DNA of 63,451 nt, filler included, from Rhizaria sp. SCN 62-66 (lineage: Eukaryota), in NCBI GenBank assembly GCA_001724265.1. It is 2 parts of 2 records of this genome, joined end to end, with 100 filler letters (N's around TTAATTAATTAA, not from the genome) between each part and the next. Parts side by side here need not be neighbours in the genome. Positions count along the whole stretch, not along the records: positions 31,789 to 63,451 come from MEDY01000354.1; 1 more part is not named here. One strand, written 5' to 3'. The translations under genes and the position numbers were made by a program. Within the stretch, counting starts at the first letter, position 1; the number at the start of each line of letters is the position of its first letter. The notes below the pieces were generated by a model. That model did no database searches and was not told the origin of the DNA. It saw only the letters and a program-made list of their open reading frames with translations. Positions 60,701 through 63,451 of this stretch are shown here, piece by piece.

Positions 60701-62108
60701 CAGCCCCAGCTTTAACACGGCTCCCGGCGACGGCGAGTTCTCCGACACTGAGTCCAACTTTGGCTACGGCCGCGGCCGGGGCAGCCTGGCGCACAGCCAG
60801 CGCAGCTACAGCCAGAACGGCCGCATGACCCCGGTCCCGCTGGTCACCAGCGAAGACATCGAGTTCGCGGTCGCGGCCGCCGTGGCGCAGGCCACCACGC
60901 CCGTGGCGCCCTCGTCCGGCGTCGGCCTCAGCCAGCGCAGCCGCCTCAGCCACAGCCACAGCGATGCAGGCGCCGTCGTCGCCGTCGGCGGCGGCTCCCC
61001 GCTGCCGCCCTCGGTGGCCGGCTCGCAGTCAGTCGCGCGTCGCTCGCAGGGGGCCGCACGCACGCCACGCACGCCGCTGCAGCAGAGGGCCCTCGCCGCG
61101 GCGGCGGAGGCACAAGCACGGTCGCTGTCGGTCGGCCGCAGGCAACAGCAAATGCATGTGCGCACGCCGTTCGCTGGCAAGGACGCGCAGGATCAACCCC
61201 AAGAGGTTTTGATTCCGGGATTGAACCAGCCGCTGCCGCTGGTCGTGCCGAGCGCCGCTGACGACAGCACCTCGCTCGTTCCCGCTGCCGACGCTGACGC
61301 CAAGGCAACGAGCACTGCGCTGGTCGTCGCCGGCGCTGACTCGAACCTGGGTCACGCGACGATGGAGACTGCGCTCGTTGCCGACGCTCAGATTGACGAC
61401 GCCAACACGAAGATCGTCACCACGAGCTCCGACGCTGCTACCAACGCTCCTGCTGCGGCTGCGAGCGACAGCGCCGCTTCCAGCAGCAGCGACGCCGGCG
61501 GCGTCTACATCCTCCCCGGTGGCCTCCCGCTGCTGCTGATGTGCGCCATCATCCCGACCATTCTCGTCGTGTTCCTCATCGTCACCACGAGCACGGCCTC
61601 GATCATCGGCTCGCTGGCATGCGTTGGCGTCAGTCTCATCATGGGCTGCATCAAGGAGTACCAGCGCCGACGCGTGCACAAGCTGCGCCGCGAGAAAGCC
61701 AAGGCGCGCGCGCGCATTCGCGCTAAGACGGCCGGCGCTGGCCGCGCTGGGGCTCGTGCCGGTGCCGGCGCCGGCGCTGGTACTGGCGTTGGTGCTGGTG
61801 CTGGTGTGCGCCACAGCAGAGTTGGTGGCGGCAGAGCGCGTGCCGGCACTGAGGCTAATGCCGGCAATGTCAACAAGCGGTCGCACACGCATCAGAGCCA
61901 GGGCTCCATGCCTGGACAGGCGCAGGGCCAGAAGACGCGCACCGGGCGTGGCCGCCGTAACTCGGTGGGCAGCGCGCCCCGCAACCCTGCGAACAGCAAG
62001 ACGAAGGCTGCGCAGCTGCTGGCTAATAACAACAAGACGAGCACGAGCACTGGCGCTGCTGCTGGTGTTGAGATGGTGCCCATGGGGTCGCCTCACAGCC
62101 ACAACTAA
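54714..62108 (+). CDS. APC-superfamily amino acid/polyamine transporter (plant PUT/RMV1-like) with giant low-complexity insertions; exons 54714-55565, 55692-62108 (~2422 aa)
   Basis: Motifs IFSTAGGPFGLDPAVKAGGPL, LPLIWCLPIALTTAELATAIPENGG, FGPFWAAQAGWW, LWNYQGFSVAGQ|AVGFVQDVNRTFPRAM and WVDGYIAEVA. Later TM pairs lie at ~57920-58080 and ~61500-61660. The intron is phase-0 GTACGT...AATAG. Stop is TAA. Confidence 0.88.
59418..59530 (+). repeat. Acidic Asp/Glu tract in the transporter insertion
   Basis: DEDEEDDEDDEDDDEDEDEDEDDYDEDEEGEDEEDEE, encoded by GAC/GAG/GAT/GAA runs. Confidence 0.9.
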
Positions 62109-63060
62109 GCGACCTGCCATCGCTTTGCGAAGTATCTTTTGCTGCACGATGCTCAAGATGCAAGTCTAATCCACATTGCTTTCTACGTCTGTAATTTTGT
62201 ATCAGTGATTTTATTTTTTGATATATTTTCGTACTGGCTGCTATCTAGTTGTTTAGTAAGCCTGATCTGGCTTTGATTCTAAGACTTCTTTATCTATTTT
62301 TGCGGTGCTCTATACTTTATTAGAATGTCTACTTGTGTGTTTTGTTCTGTTTTATTCGTTCAAACTTGTTTTCTGTTGCGTTCTTGGTGTTGTCTCTCTG
62401 TCAACTCACCGACAAGCATCACAACAGTTAACGTCACTCATGTGATTCATGTTCCCAGTTTACATAGGGCTTATCTTTATCCTAACAGAGTGCACGATCT
62501 GCTCCTGTATATTATGCTGAAGCAGCAATCCACATCGTAAGTGCGACACAAGCAGAAGCTTGAAAGTAGTTTGCAGCTCGGTTGTAACTGAGACTGAAGC
62601 TATGTGATGTTATTCATCACATTTGAATCAATAAAATAGTGTTCTTTGTAAGTTAGCACAGGTATGCTCGCATCGAAAATACGACATAATCGCAGACATA
62701 AATGTATGAAGTGTTTATGATCAGTCGCAAATAAAAATAATGTTGGTAAGCTTACTATCTTCAGGCGGACTGCATGATGTCAGAATATACGAAATACAGA
62801 AGTATTAATCGATACTTTACTGGAACATCAGTTGCAGATACGTCAGACTGTTGAAGTACAAAAAAAATCACGTGTTCACGAATGTTTTAGAGGCTCTTGT
62901 CACAGCTCAGTGCAAGAGGATTTCATATGTTGTTTGCAGAGTACGTATCGAGTCGTAGGAGAACGTCTTGAACTATTAAATAAAATAATAAAGATCCGTC
63001 CGTTTCTCTTTAACTTAACTCGACTTCTTTTGACTCGATATCAAAGATACTTGATTCTGA

Positions 63061-63451
<391 letters not shown>

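Overview
GC-rich, gene-dense nuclear DNA from a microbial eukaryote (protist-like). It has short AT/pyrimidine-rich spliceosomal introns (17 modelled, 112-524 nt, donor mostly GTACGT), short intergenic spacers and proteins inflated by Ala/Gln/Ser/Pro low-complexity tracts. About 18 gene models can be built. They include a secreted Cys-rich protein, a membrane-anchored class I glutamine amidotransferase-like enzyme, a secreted saposin-like/Ala-Pro/coiled-coil protein, a Rab-like GTPase fused to a degenerate EF-hand module, RPL26 (cut by an artificial N-linker), a mitochondrial-type DnaJ, a twin-CX9C protein, a giant MLH3, NCBP3, a multi-cold-shock-domain protein, a giant APC/PUT-like transporter, an ABCC C-terminus and several large low-complexity proteins. 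The main observation is that in-frame TAG codons interrupt two otherwise intact genes. One lies exactly inside a CX9C motif, and one lies inside a Gln run between MLH3 ATPase motifs. Every unambiguous gene end uses TGA or TAA. This suggests a variant nuclear genetic code with UAG read as a sense codon (most likely Gln) and UAA kept as stop. A second anomaly is a -1 frame junction at an A_AAA_AAC heptamer (16395-16401) that would join two giant ORFs. All family calls come from motif recognition by eye; no database searches were run.
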